Origin: Octopus sinensis
Lineage: Eukaryota
Direction: 5' to 3'
Assembly (NCBI RefSeq): GCF_006345805.1
Contig: NC_043020.1
Location: 10,850,001-10,914,000 of the forward strand
Length of the DNA: 64,000 bases
Shown here: piece by piece, positions 1 to 12,689 of the stretch
Position numbering within the stretch: the stretch's first letter is position 1
Layout: every line of letters starts with the position of its first letter
The notes under the pieces: generated by a model
Databases searched by the model: none
Seen by the model: the letters and a program-made list of their open reading frames with translations, nothing else
What the model was told of the DNA's origin: nothing
Made by a program: the position numbers and the translations under genes

Positions 1-157
1 ATCAGTGATTCCTAATGTGATCCCTGCGGCCTACCCGTGGTCCGTTGAGAATTTTTAGTGGTCCCCAGAGAATTCGTAACCATTACAAAAATTGAAGCCA
101 TTTCAGATCTACACGATATTGTTCGATAATAAAGACACTGTTAGTTAATAATAATTT

Positions 158-561
158 GGCAATCTTTCGTCTCTAGTAGACCTTTCCGTCGATTTCCGTA
201 AAAAATTTTTTTTTTACATATGGGCTTGCGGGAACTTTTGAAGTAATGAGAGCGAAAGAGACTAAGAGAAAGCGATTGTATGACGAAGGAAGTTCTTTTG
301 AAGTTACCGTGCATGGGAGCATTGATGGACATGTGTGTGTGTGTGTGTGTTTGATGGGGTGTGGCAGACAGTATGTTGTGTAAAGTGAAGTGCTTCTGTT
401 AGTGTGTGTGAAGAGACAGAGTAATGTGTGAAAGAAAGAGATAACTGAAATTTTTTACTCGGTGTATGTGTATATGTATATTACTTCAAAAGTTCCCGCA
501 AGCCCATATGTAAAAAAAAAAAAATTTTGACGATAAGGTCTACTAGAGACGAAAGATCGCC
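158..561. mobile_element. MITE with ~90-bp TIRs starting GGC, 8-bp TSD (Merlin-like, by termini and TSD only)
   Basis: GGCAATCTTTCGTCTCTAGTAGACC...GGTCTACTAGAGACGAAAGATCGCC; TSD AATAATTT at 150-157 and 562-569. Further copies at 37765-38179 (TSD TGTATTTT), in every array unit, and a one-ended copy at ~28280-28630. Confidence 0.8.
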
Positions 562-946
562 AATAATTTATTTGAAGACAGAATAATAATAAGAAAACAA
601 AATTCAATAATTATTCCATAAGAATCAATAATGCTACTCTTATAACGGTATATCCATTTTTCTAGCTGGAATGGGCCATTACAAATCCCAGTGCTCTGTA
701 AGTAAATAAACACGGTGAGATGAGGGGAACTAGAGATGTCACGGAGAGAGAGAGCGGTACAGAGCGACATAGACAGTAACAACAGCATCAGTCGTAATGA
801 CCAAGCGAACACACAGACACATTCGCTATTCGTTCGACCAACACTCTAGTAGTAAGCTAGTATTGTTTCTCGTCGCTAACCGAAGCTGTCAGCTCATTTT
901 ATTTAGCGATGCATTTAGAATATTTGTTAACCTGACTTCAACATGA

Positions 947-1725
947 AAAAGGGGCTAAACACAGAAGGGACAAACAAGGACAGACAGACGAACGGATTAA
1001 GTCGATTATATCGACCTCAGTGTGTAACTGGTACTTATTTAATCGACCCCGAAAGGATGAAAGGCAAAGTCGACCTCGGCGGAATTTGAACTCAGAACGT
1101 AGCGGCAGACAAAATACCTATTTCTTTACTACCCACAAGGGGCTAAACACAGAGGGGACAAACAAGGACTGACAGACGAACGGATTAAGTCGATTATATC
1201 GACCTCAGTGTGTAACTGGTACTTATTTAATCGACCCCGAAAGGATGAAAGGCAAAGTCGACCTCGGCGTAATTTGAACTCAGAACGTAACAGCAGACGA
1301 AATACCATTTTTTCTTTATTACCCACAAGGGGCTAAACACAGAGGGGACAAACAAGGACAGACAAACGGATTAAGTCGATTAATTCGACCTCAGTGCGTG
1401 ACTGGTACTTAATTTATCGACCACGAAAGGATGAAAGGCAAAGTCGACCTCGGCGTAATTTGAACTCAGAACGTAACAGCAGACGAAATACCATTTTTTC
1501 TTTATTACACACAAGGGGCTAAACACAGAGGGGACAAACAAGGACAGACAAACGGATTAAGTCGATTAATTCGACCTCAGTGCGTGACTGGTACTTAATT
1601 TATCGACCCCGAAAGGATGAAAGGCAAAGTCGACCTCGGCGGAATTTGAACTCAGAACATAGCGACAGATGAAGTACCGCTAAGCATTTCGCCTACCGCG
1701 CTAACGTTTCTGCCAGCTCGCCGCC
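947..1725 (-). mobile_element. Head-to-tail multimer (about 4 units) of tRNA-derived SINE family B
   Basis: One head (GGCGGCGAGCTGGCAGAAACGTTAGC) followed by repeated ~185-bp bodies with GAGTTCAAATTCC B-box-like motif. Other copies near 2485-3107, 3465-3898, 6758-6962, 14824-15053, 19630-19955, 54005-54280, 54665-55035. Confidence 0.8.
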
Positions 1726-1986
1726 TTAAAAAAAACGTGAATACAACGATTAAATAAATGAAGTGAAGAACATCTCTGCCCTTTCTATTATTTGTATCCA
1801 AGCTACACAGATCTATCAACATTTCATCCGCTACACACCGTTTCCGAGCCTTTCAGGGCTAAGCATTCTTGGATAGACATACTTATATGTGCCTCGCCTT
1901 TGTTTCCTTGTAACTTTCTGAAAGATCATATATTTTAATGAAATTCCCCCGAGATACATTTTAGACGGTGTAGATTCAAGTGATGT

Positions 1987-2200
1987 GGAGGCGCAATGGC
2001 CCAGTGGTTAGATCGGATGACCGCGGTTTCGATTCCCCGACCGGGCGTTGTGTGTGTTTATTGAGCGAAAACACTTAGAAGCTCCATGAGGCTCCGGCAG
2101 GGGCTGGTGACGACCCCTGTTGTACTCTTTCACCACAACTTTCTCTCTCTCTCTCTTCCTGTTTCTTGAATAACGTTGCGATGGACTGACATCCCGTCCA
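1987..2200 (+). mobile_element. tRNA-derived SINE family C (partial)
   Basis: GGAGGCGCAATGGCCCAGTGGTTAG A-box and GTTTCGATTCCC B-box. Related copies near 7158-7552 (-), 18490-19170, 27955-28105, 59522-59900 (+). Confidence 0.7.
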
Positions 2201-2369
2201 GCTGACTATAGAAGGTAAAGAACAACACCGATGTAACAGGGGTATCAGGTCTGTACGGGGATTATAACAAGACAGTGAGAAATTGTAAAGGAGAGAGTAA
2301 TATGATGAAAGTAATACAAGCAAAACCTGTTACCGTCTTTTCTTAATTTTCCTTTTCTTTCTGCTTTAG

Positions 2370-2412
2370 ATGCATCGGCACCTACCACATGTGAAACCAT
2401 CTCCTGTGAATT
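2370..2412 (+). CDS. TNF-like gene 1, stalk exon (43 nt, phase 0 in / phase 1 out): MHRHLPHVKPSPVN+T
   Basis: Polypyrimidine tract and ctgctttag acceptor before 2370; gtaagt donor at 2413. Joins in frame to the 5791 exon (T+TT=F). Flanking intron sequence resembles that around the equivalent exons of genes 2 and 3. Confidence 0.75.
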
Positions 2413-4109
2413 GTAAGTATATATATATATATATATATATATTGTCACCATTTTACTATCCATGTGTCTATAATACCTATTTATTTACTACCCACAAGGG
2501 GCTAAACACAGAGAGGACAAACAAACGGATTAAGTCGACCCCAGTGCGTAACTGGTACTTATTTAATCGACCCCGAAAGGATGAAAGGCAAAGTTGACCT
2601 CAACGGAATTTGAACTCAGAACGTAGCAGCAGATGAAATACCTATTTCTATTTCTTTATTACCCACAAGGGGCTAAACACAGAGGGGACAAACAAAGACA
2701 GACATAGGTATTAAGTCGATTACATCAACCCCAGTGCGTAACTGGTACTTAATTTATCGACCCCGAATGGATGAAAGGCAAAGTTGACCTCAGTGGAATT
2801 TGAACTCAGAACATAGCAGCAGACGAAATACCGCTAAGCATTTCGCCCGGCATCCTAACGATTCTGCCAGCTCGCCGCCCTATGTGTCTAGCCTTTCATC
2901 CTCTCGGGGACGAAATGCGTAGCCGTATTTCGTCTGCCGTTACGTTCTGAGTTCAAATTCCGCCGAGGTCGACTTTGCCTTTCATCCTTTCGGGGTCAAT
3001 AAATTAAGTACTAGTTGCGCATTGGGGTCGATATAATCAACTTAATCTGTTTGTCTGTCCTTGTTTGTCCCCTCTGTGTTTAGCCCCTTGTGGGTAGTAA
3101 AGAAATATATATCATCTTCAGCTGTAACATATTGTTACATTAATGAAATCACTAAACATGTTTTCTGTAACAGACCTTCCTCAAAGTCCAACCCTTGACC
3201 TCATTGTGGTGGGAAGGTTAAATGAGTGAGTGTCAGAGCTATGCCGTCAGGGACTTTGAGTCCCTGTTAGGGTCACCCAAGGCGGAAAGGTTTGACACCA
3301 GCGGTGCTAGGGCCGCAACCCGGCTAACTGAAGGGCAATGGTGAATTCCTGGCAGCATCTGTTCCGGAATCCAGCAGCTTTCTGATGGTGTTGGACTGCA
3401 TCTGTAGGCATCCTGCAGCAAGAAGGCATAGCACAACAACAACCTGCTAATGGTCTTGTATTTCTTATTTCTTTATTGCCCACAAAGGGCTGAACATAGA
3501 GGGGACAAACAAAGGGATTAAGTCGATTACATCGACCCCAGTGCGTAACTAGTTACTTAATTTATCGACCCCAAAAGGATGAAAGGCAAAGTCGACCTTT
3601 GCGGAATTTGAACTCAATGGCAGACGAAATACTGCTAAGCATTTCGCCCGGCGTGCTAATGTTTCTTAATTCTTTATTGCCCACAAGGGACTAAACATAG
3701 AGGGGACAAACAAGGACAGACAAACTGATTAAGATGATTACATCGACCCCAGTGCATGACTAGTACTTAATTTATCGACCCTGAAAGGATGAAAGGCAAA
3801 GTCGACCTTGGCAGAATTTGAACTCAGAACGTAATGGCAGACGAAATACCGCTAAGCATTTCGTCCGGTGCGCTAATGTTTCTGCCAGCTTGCTGCCTTA
3901 ATAGTCACGTATGGTGGCTTATGAATACAGGCAGCAACTGTTTCTGTGGACTCTGATCATCCCTTGAAATTCCTATGAACTCATCACTGGGACCAGGAAT
4001 GGCTTCAACACACTGCAGTATTGGCCACCGACAGAAAGTAACAGACATACTAAAGAAATAGATGACAAAAATACCCATATCATTAAATATACAAATGAAA
4101 TGTCTACAA

Positions 4110-4574
4110 CTGTGGTTTTCAACCAGGGTTCCGCAAGAAGTTACAAAACTGCTAAAATCGGCAGTAATTTTTAATTCTCCTGTGCAGATATGTGTGCATA
4201 AGACAATTAAATTATTCACAGGGGTTCCTTGAGCTAGTGGAATGTTTCCTTGGGGTTCCGCTCCAGCAAAAAGTTTGAAAAGCACTGACATAGACAAACA
4301 GACACACATTCTTATATCTAAATCAATGCAAAGACATACAGACACACACATTAATACAGTGGTTTTCAACCAGGGTTTCGCAGAACCTTAGGGTTCCGCC
4401 AGTACAGTCCAGGGGTTCCGCAAGAAGTTACAAAACTGCTAAAATCGGCAGTAATTTTTAATTCTCCTGTGCAGATATGTGTGCATAAGACTATTAAATT
4501 ATTGCACAGGGTTCCTCGAACCAGTGGAATGTTTCCTTGGGGTTCCGCTCCAGCAAAAAGGTTGAAAAGCACTG
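4110..4574 (+). mobile_element. Composite hAT MITE (two monomers plus captured spacer)
   Basis: TIRs CAGTGGTTTTCAACC / GGTTGAAAAGCACTG on each monomer; near-TSD gtctacaa / ctctacaa; same composite at 58884-59367. Confidence 0.8.
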
Positions 4575-4766
4575 CTCTACAATAATTAACTGGACCACGG
4601 CTTTAGATGACACTTTGATAGGAGATAACTTCCTGTGTACATTTTGTATTATCAGTCTCAGTAAGGCATTGCTACTCTACAACCGACCATATTAAAGCTC
4701 ATGAAACTATGTGATGGGTGTAATATATAGTCTTAGTTTTTTTCATTGATGGTTAATATTTGTTCA

Positions 4767-5196
4767 GATCTTTTCGGTTTGAACAGCAGTTTTTAACATA
4801 ATTCCTAGGTAACTAAACACTTTTAAACTTCGTATACTGGTAGAATGTGTTTATAAAACATCTTTTTTCTCTTGGCTTTATTGAGAAAATTCTATAGTTT
4901 GTAAGATATCTGTTGTTTTTTTTTCTTCAATTTCTGCAATTTCAACCAATCACTGACGTCTAATGAGGTAAAAAAAAACATTCTGTGCCATATGAATATG
5001 TCCCTCGTTTAAGAAACAGATTGGGTTTATTTACATTTGTGAAGAAAAAAAGATACCCTTCCCCCCGCCCCTAACCCTAACCAACCCTAACCCTAAAACA
5101 GATTGAAATGCAATAGATCGATACTAGGGTCATAATTATGGGTGACAATTTCATATGTCACCGCTAGAAAAAACTGCCGTTCAAACCGAAAAGATC
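4767..5196. mobile_element. MITE with ~28-bp TIRs and internal (CCCTAA)n
   Basis: GATCTTTTCGGTTTGAAC...GTTCAAACCGAAAAGATC; full copy at 62395-62812, end fragment near 16117-16202, relative near 30170-30475. Confidence 0.75.
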
Positions 5197-5339
5197 CACT
5201 TCTCCATGAAGATAATGATGATTGTGTAACAGCTAATATGTTGTATGGCTATATATTAGATGATAATCTGAAGTATTCAATATATGAAATGCATCAGGTA
5301 GTGACATTTTCTTGTCTTAGTAGTCTTCTGTTTGATAGT

Positions 5340-5757
5340 GAACCTGTATTCAAATATATGAACCTGTATTCAAATATATGAACCTGTATTCAAATATATG
5401 AACCTGTATTCAAATATATGAACCTGTATTCAAATATATGAACCTGTGTTCAAATATATGAACCTGTGTTCAAATATATGAACCTGTGTTCAAATATATG
5501 AACCTGTGTTCAAATATATGAACCTGTATTCAAATATATGAACCTGTATTCAAATATATGAACCTGTGTTCAAATATATGAACCTGTGTTCAAATATATG
5601 AACCTGTGTTCAAATATATGAACCTGTGTTCAAATATATGAACCTGTGTTCAAATATATGAACCTGTGTTCAAATATATGAACCTGTATTCAAATATATG
5701 AACCTGTGTTCAAATATATGAACCTGTATTCAAATATATGAACCTGTATTCAAATAC
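5340..5757. repeat. 20-bp minisatellite (GAACCTGT[A/G]TTCAAATATAT), about 21 copies
   Basis: Direct reading of tandem units; two variants differ at one base. Confidence 0.95.
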
Positions 5758-5790
5758 ATCTCTTTTAATCTGTATTTTCCCTCCTTTCAG

Positions 5791-5838
5791 TTCACCATGC
5801 CTTCTTTCACTTGAAAACTGGAGGTTACGAAAAGATGG
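5791..5838 (+). CDS. TNF-like gene 1, 48-nt exon: (F)HHAFFHLKTGGYEKM+G, first strand of the TNF homology domain
   Basis: cctttcag acceptor, gtaagt donor at 5839. Same length, phase (1/1) and near-same peptide as exons at 23327-23374 and 57732-57779. HAFFHL sits where TNF ligands have the AAHL strand. Confidence 0.85.
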
Positions 5839-5919
5839 GTAAGTTAATTTACTCTGTTACTTGTTTCAGTCATTTGACTGTGGCCATGCTGGAGCACCGC
5901 CTTTAAAACAATGTGCTAT

Positions 5920-6027
5920 GCTTACTGCACCTAGGTTTCCCAAGCGGTCACCCATCTAAGTACTGACTAGGCTCGACGTTGCTTAACTTCGGTGATCAGA
6001 CGAGAACTGGTGCTTTCAACGTGATAT
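5920..6027 (-). pseudogene. 5S rRNA retrocopy/pseudogene, about 10 nt short at the 5' end
   Basis: Minus strand reads ATATCACGTTGAAAGCACCAGTTCTCGTCTGATCACCGAAGTTAAGCAACGTCGAGCCTAGTCAGTACTTAGATGGGTGACCGCTTGGGAAACCTAGGTGCAGTAAGC, matching the metazoan 5S pattern (box A GAAGTTAAGCA, box C AGTACTTrGATGGG) with substitutions. Confidence 0.9.
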
Positions 6028-6417
6028 ACTCTTTTACTTGTTTCAGTCATTTGACTGCGGCCATGCTGGAGCACCGCCTTTAGTCGAGCAAATCGACCCC
6101 GGGACTTATTCTTTGTAAGCCCAGTACTTATTCTATCAGTCTCTTTTGCCAAACCACTAAGTGACGGGGACGTAAACACACCAGCATCGGTTGTCAAGCA
6201 ATGCTAGGGTGACAAACACAGACACACACACATACATATATATATATACATATATACGACAGGCTTCTTTCAGTTTCCGTCTACGAAATCCACTCACAAG
6301 GCATTGGTCAGCCCGAGGCTATAGTAGAAGACAGTTGCCCAAGGTGCCACACAGTGGGACTGAACCCGGAACCATGTGGTTGGTTAGCAAGCTACTTACC
6401 ACACAGCCACTCCTGCC
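6028..6417 (-). mobile_element. tRNA-derived SINE family A (probably one of the described octopus OK/OR families; not verified)
   Basis: GGAGTGGCTGTGTGG A-box, GGTTCAGTCCC B-box, internal (TA)n, tail CCAGCATGGCCGCAGTCAAATGACTGAAACAAGTAAAAGAG. Copies near 10553-10935, 11590-12005, 15659-16055, 21825-22255, 22365-22710, 25817-26240, 37262-37625, 56590-56750, 60325-60740 and in the array. Confidence 0.85.
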
Positions 6418-8019
6418 ATAATGGCCGTAATTTATACAGATTCATTGCAGACTTTTTCTCATTATTCGAATTATACTCCTTAAATTACTACAATTACAGT
6501 ATTAATTAAAATACTTTCGTTAAAGACGTGTTAATGACTACTATTATGTACTTGCATTAACTCCAGCTATTACAGAATTTGGGAAAACTATTACACTTGG
6601 GGGAAGTATATCACCATTATAGACTTAAGTGTAATGACAAGCATGAGTTAACTACTATATTGAAAGGTATGGACCAACTATAGTTGTAATCAGAAACGTC
6701 CAATACAACATGTTGAGATATGTGGACCAACTACTACTACTACTACTACTACTACTACCAAGGTGCTAAACACAGAGAGGACAGACAAGGAGATTAAGTC
6801 GATTACATCGACCCCAGTGCGTAACTGGTACTTAATTTATCGACCCCGAAAGGATGAAAGGCAAAGTCGACCTCGGCGGAATTTGAACTCAGAACGTAAT
6901 GGCAGACGAAATACGGCTACGCATTTCGTCCGGCGTGCTAACGTTTCTGCCAGCTCGCCGCCTTATTACTACTACTACTACTACCACCACTATGATAACA
7001 ACTACATATGTCTGATAATACTACAGGTGGGAGGTGTTTACTGCTTGGGTTATGGTTTAACTATTACAGACCAACATCCAAAACATAAATAAAATGCAAA
7101 CGAACAAAATGCCACATCAACAAATGAGAGAAATAAATATATTCAGTATTTTAACATTGATGGATGGAAGCACTCCGTCGGTTACGACGATGAGGGTTCT
7201 GGTTGATCCGAATCAACGGAACAGCCTGCTCGTGAAATTAACGTGTAAGTGGCTGAGCACTCCACAGACACGTGTACCCTTAACGTAGTTCTCGGGGATA
7301 TTCAGCGTGACACAGAGAGTGACAAGGCCGGCCCTTTGAAATACAGGTACAACAGAAACAGGAAGTAAGAGTGAGAGAAAGTTGTGGTGAAAGAGTACAG
7401 CAGGGATCACCACCATCCCCTGCCGGAGCCTCGTGGAGCTTTTTAGGTGTTTTCGCTCAATAAACACTCACAACGCCCGGTCTGGGAATCGAAACCGCGA
7501 TCCTATGACCACGTGTCCGCTGCCCTAACCACTGGGCCATTGCACCTCCACAATGACATTGATAAGATCTCATCAACAAAGGTTAAATAGAGACGATTCT
7601 GTGTAAGAACAGGAATGTCTTTATACTTCATGTAATTGTATTAAGAAGTTTTAAAGATTATGCTGAGCATATCTGAATGATTACTTTTAACTACGTTGTT
7701 AGCTGGGCAATTATATATATCGAAAGAAAGAATATGTCCTTTAACATTCAATAAAATAATATGAAAACAGACATGTATATTAAATAGTTCACAGAAAACA
7801 GAATAGAGACATGTTTTAGTAAAGTGCTGTCTTATTTGACACATATCTTCTCACACAGTGGCCTACCCCAAGGTTGGTATTTCACGCCTTACTACACAAG
7901 ATACTGGGGTGTGGAACTGACGACAGAAGCCAGTCATTTGCTCTGCATTACACTTCATTTGGTTTATATATATAAAATTTAAAAAAAATAAATAAATAAA
8001 AAAAAGCACCAACTGATCA

Positions 8020-8228
8020 TGGCCGATGCCAGACCCCTCTGGCACCTGTGCAGGTGGCACGTAAAAAGCACCCACTACACTCGCGGAGTGGTTGGCGTTA
8101 GGAAGGGCATCCAGCTGTAGAAACACTGCCAGACCAGACTGGAGCCTGGGGCAGCCCCTGGCTCCCCAGACCCCGGTCGAACCGTCCAACCCGTGCTAGC
8201 GCGGAAAATGGACGTTAAACGATGATGA
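8020..8228 (+). mobile_element. 5'-truncated RTE LINE / RTE-tailed SINE 3' end
   Basis: CACCCACTACACTC..GGAGTGGTTGGCGTTAGGAAGGGCATCCAGC...GTTAAACGATGATGA tail shared with the LINE at 30929. Further copies near 8375-8540, 9252-9480, 12175-12415, 16360-16865, 20902-21175, 49605-49700, 50982-51280, 61350-61895. Confidence 0.85.
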
Positions 8229-11200
8229 TATATATATATATATGTATGTATGTATGTATGTGTGTGTGTGTGTGTATGTGTGTGTGTATATGTGTGTGTG
8301 TGTATGTGTGTGTGTATATGTGTGTGTGTGTATATATGTATGTATATATATATATACATATGTATGTATATATATCATCATCATCACTATTTAGCGTCCG
8401 CTTTCCATGCTAGCATGAGTTGGACAGTTCAACTGGGGTCTGTGAAGCCAGAAGGCTGCATCAGGCCCAGTCTGATCTGGCAGTGTTTCTACGGCTGGAT
8501 GCCCTTCCTAACGCCAACCACTCCGTGAGTGTAGTGGGTGCTATATATATACATATGTATGTATATATACATATATATATGTATGTATATAGACATATAT
8601 ATATGTGTATATATATATGTATATATACATATATATGTATATATACATATGTATGTATATATACATATGTATGTATATATACATATATATGTATATATAC
8701 ATATGTATGTATATATACATATGTATGTATATATACATATATATATGTGTACATATATATGTATATATACATATATATGTATATATACATATATATGTAT
8801 ATATACATATATATATGTATATATAAATTACTAGCTCAAGGTGACCCACTCTACACACGGGTGAGGGTGTGGTTGTTACTTTCTCTTGCTTCCTTTCTGT
8901 TTCTTATCAATACATTCTCCTTCTTTGTTTCTCTCTCACTTTCCTACTCTCTTACTCTTCCTTTCTCTCGGACTCTCCATCACTTTCACTTACTCTCTAT
9001 CTTTATCTATCTCTCTCCCATTTATAAAAAAAAACAAAAGATCTTGAGTAAGTGGAGAAAAAATATTTTGAAAGATCAATCATAAATATCAGGCAGTGAC
9101 AATGAAAAGCACACTTGCCTTTTGTATGTGCCACTATTTGAGCAATTAAAAATAGGGAAAAAAGGGATTTCTTTCTTAAATTTAGTACTTATTTTGGGAA
9201 TTTTTCAACAATTGACCATGCAAACGAAAGCTCTAAACATGGGGCTATATCATCATCATCATCATCATCGTTTAACATCAGCTTTCCGCGCTAGCACGGG
9301 TTGGATGGTTCGACCGGGGTCTGGGGAGCCAGGGGCTGCCCAAGGCTCCAGTCTGATCTGGCAGTGTTTCTACAGCTGGATGCCCTTCCTAACGCCAACC
9401 ACTCCGCGAGTGTAGTGGGTGCTTTTTACGTGTCACCTGCACAGGTGCCAGAGGGGTTTGGCATCGGCCACGAACGGTTGGTGAGAGAGAAGAGAGAGTT
9501 CTAGACAAGTAGAACGTAGGATATCACGAGAGGGGTAATACATGGTGAAATAGTGTATTAAAGAGGGGGGTTCGAGGAGTAGACACCCATAATGGTGGTG
9601 GGAGAAGGGACATCCGGTATAGATGGAGCAAAATATAGAGATATCCGGTATTGGTGGTGGGGGTGGGCAAGGGCGGGTGCACCGCGAATGCGCGAAGTTT
9701 GATAGAGGGGAGAGTGAAGACTTGAACGGGCAAATTATCATAGATAATAACCGTAGTAACATGGAGAAAGGGAGAGCGAAGTTTGATAGAGGGGAGAGTG
9801 AAGACTTGAACAGGCAAATTATCGTAGATAATAATCATAGTAACATGGAGAAAGGGAGAAATTATCAGCGCATAAAAATGAAGGATAATTTAGGGCGAAG
9901 AACAGACAAGTGATATGGAGATAGGGAGAAATTATCAGCACATAATAATAAAGGGATATTTAGGGGAGACGGTGGAGAAAGGGGGAAATTATCGGCACAT
10001 AATAATGATGAGAGGAATTAGGGGAGACGATGTCACTGCTTAGCTCACGTAAAGAAACAAGCGTATTAGTATTAGTAAATAGATAATTCATGTTTTTTAG
10101 TGTTAGCTGCGAATGTAGTACGTGCGGTCAAGAAGCAGCTGTAAATTTCTTTCAGAAAAAATGAAAACTGTAAACAATGTAAAGTAAAAGGCAAAAATAC
10201 ATAAAAATGATAAATTTTTTTCAACTTCAAAAATCTTGCCTTAATTTTCAAAATTTCAAACCCATTTTCCATGCTTAAATTACAAATCTACTTCCACTTT
10301 ACCATGTTTACCATGTTGAAAATTTGATTGAAATCAGGCAAAAGGGATCCAATCTAGACCCCCCAAGTGTCCCCAAAAATCAATAAAATCCACATTTTCA
10401 TACCACTGTAGTGCCCCAAAACGTCTCAATTTCTCACCTCAAGTTACCCCCTCCTATAAATTTTAATCCCCTTCCAGTCCCATTTAGACCCCTTTTTACA
10501 TAAAAATCCAATTTGTATTAACGTTCGCCTTCTTCATTTTATAGATTAGCTATAGTGTGGAGTGGCTGTGTGGTAAGTAGCTTGCTAACCAACCACATGG
10601 TTCCGGGTTCAGTCCCACTGCGTGGCATCTTGGGCAAGTGTCTTCTGTTATAGCCCCGGGCCGACCAATGCCTTGTGAGTGGATTTGGTAGACGGAAACT
10701 GAAAGAAGCCCGTCGTATATATGTATATATATATATATATGTATGTGTGTTTGTGTGTCTGTGTTTGTGCCCCTAGCATTGCTTGACAACCGATGCTGGT
10801 GTGTTTATGTCCCCGTCACTTAGCGGTTCGGCAAAAGAGACCGATAGAATAAGTACTGGGCTTACAAAGAATAAGTCCCAGGGTCGATTTGCTCGACTAA
10901 AGGCGGTGCTCCAGCATGGCCACAGTCAAATGACTGAAACAAGTAAAAGAGTAAAGACTATATATAAATTATTAAGGTGGCTAATTGCAATTTTACTACA
11001 AAAAGGTCCAAGTACAATCGTATATATTGATGTCAGGTCTAATATCCAGCTGATGTAGATTTGTGCGAGAAAAATTCATACCACACTGCAATGCATTTTC
11101 TATGAGGGAATAAAGCATTGCTCTATAACTATATACTTTGTTCGTTATAATATGCTCAGTGGTGTGTTACATAATTTTTCTCTTGAGTAGAAACAGCACA

Positions 11201-11389
11201 AGCATGTTGTGACATGTACAGACAGCTGTATACATATATACATACATATATATATATATATATATACATACATATATATATACATATATACATACACATA
11301 TATATATATACATACATATATATATATACATATATACATACATATATATACATATATATATACATATATATACATACATATAATATATA

Positions 11390-11580
11390 TAAAGTTAATC
11401 CAAACAAGAAAACAAAAAGACAACAACGCGAGGATGTGGAACAAATAAAGTATTATTGGATGCTCAGGAAAGAAGGGAAGAAGGAGGGTATGACGTTTCG
11501 AGCGGAGCTCTTCATCGGAAACATAGGAGAAAGAAAGATCCAGAGAAGGGAAGACAGAGGGAAAAAAAAATGCAAGTGGT
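11390..11580 (-). mobile_element. Probable Penelope-like pLTR fragment with minimal hammerhead-like motif
   Basis: Minus strand CCGATGA-A-GAGC-TCC-GCTC-GAAAC-GTC at ~11492-11518; homologous copy at 12416-12660, short fragment near 56520-56590. Confidence 0.55.
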
Positions 11581-12415
11581 CTTCACGAGGTCACTCTTTT
11601 TCTTTTACTCTTTTACTTGTTTCAGTCATTTGACTGCGGCCATGCTGGAGCACCGCCTTTAATCGAGCAACTCGACCCCGGGACTTATTCTTTTGTAAGC
11701 CCAGTACTTATTCTATCGGTCTCTTTTACCGAACCGCTAAGTAACGGGGACATAAACACACCAGCATCGGTTGTCAAGCAATGCTAGGGGACAAACACAG
11801 ACACACAAACACACACACGCATATATATATATACATATATACGACGGGCTTCTTTCAGTTTCCGTCTACCAAATCCACTCACAAGGCTTTGGTCGGCCCG
11901 AGGCTATAGTAGAAGACACTTGCCCAAGGTGCCACACAGTGGGACTGAACCCGGAACCATGTGGTTGGTAGGCAAGCTACTTACCACACAGCCACTCCTG
12001 CGCCTTTGCATTTATTTGTAACTTTGAGCATCTAATCAGGATTGGCTGTTTTAATAAGAAAGTTGACAATAACCTCAGGATATTAGCAAGTGGCAAGAAA
12101 GGCTTCCAAGAATTTTCACGGGGTTCTAATGTTTATTAGCTATAAAAGATTTCTCAGTGTGTATGCAGAAAGTAGACTGGCGTCTGTGTCGGTGACACGT
12201 AAAAGCACCAACCGATTGTGGCCGTTTGCCAGCCTCCGGTGGCATGTAAAAAGCACCCACTACACTCGTGGAGTGGTTGGCGTTAGGAAGAGCATCAAGC
12301 TGTAGGAACACTGCCAGATCAGACTGGAACTTGGTGCAGCCTCCTGGCTTCCCAGACCCCGGTCGAACCGTCCAACCCATGCTAACATGGAAACAGACGT
12401 TAAACGATGATGATC

Positions 12416-12560
12416 TTTCCTTTTCCTATGTTTCTGACGAAGAGCTCCGCTCGAAACTTTAAACCTTCCTTCTTCCCTTCCTTCCTGAGCGTCCAATAAT
12501 TCTATATTTGTTCCACGTCCTCGTGTTGTGTTTTCTCTTTGTGTTTTCATATTTGGATTA

Positions 12561-12604
<44 letters not shown>

Positions 12605-12660
12605 GTCAATCCAAACATGAACAAGCAAGAAAAAGCAACAACGCAAGGCTGTGGAATAAG
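12416..12660 (+). mobile_element. Probable Penelope-like pLTR fragment with minimal hammerhead-like motif
   Basis: GTTT-CTGACGA-A-GAGC-TCC-GCTC-GAAAC-TTT-AAAC at 12430-12464. Confidence 0.55.
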
Positions 12661-12689
12661 TACACACACACACACATACACCTGTGTGT

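Noticed and set aside
5070-5096. Telomere
   Set aside because: Only a few CCCTAA units, internal to a MITE.
5340-5757. CRISPR-like regular repeat
   Set aside because: Units are contiguous with no unique spacers, no cas genes, eukaryotic context.
5920-6027. Functional 5S rRNA gene
   Set aside because: 5' end missing, several substitutions, single copy embedded among retroposon sequence.
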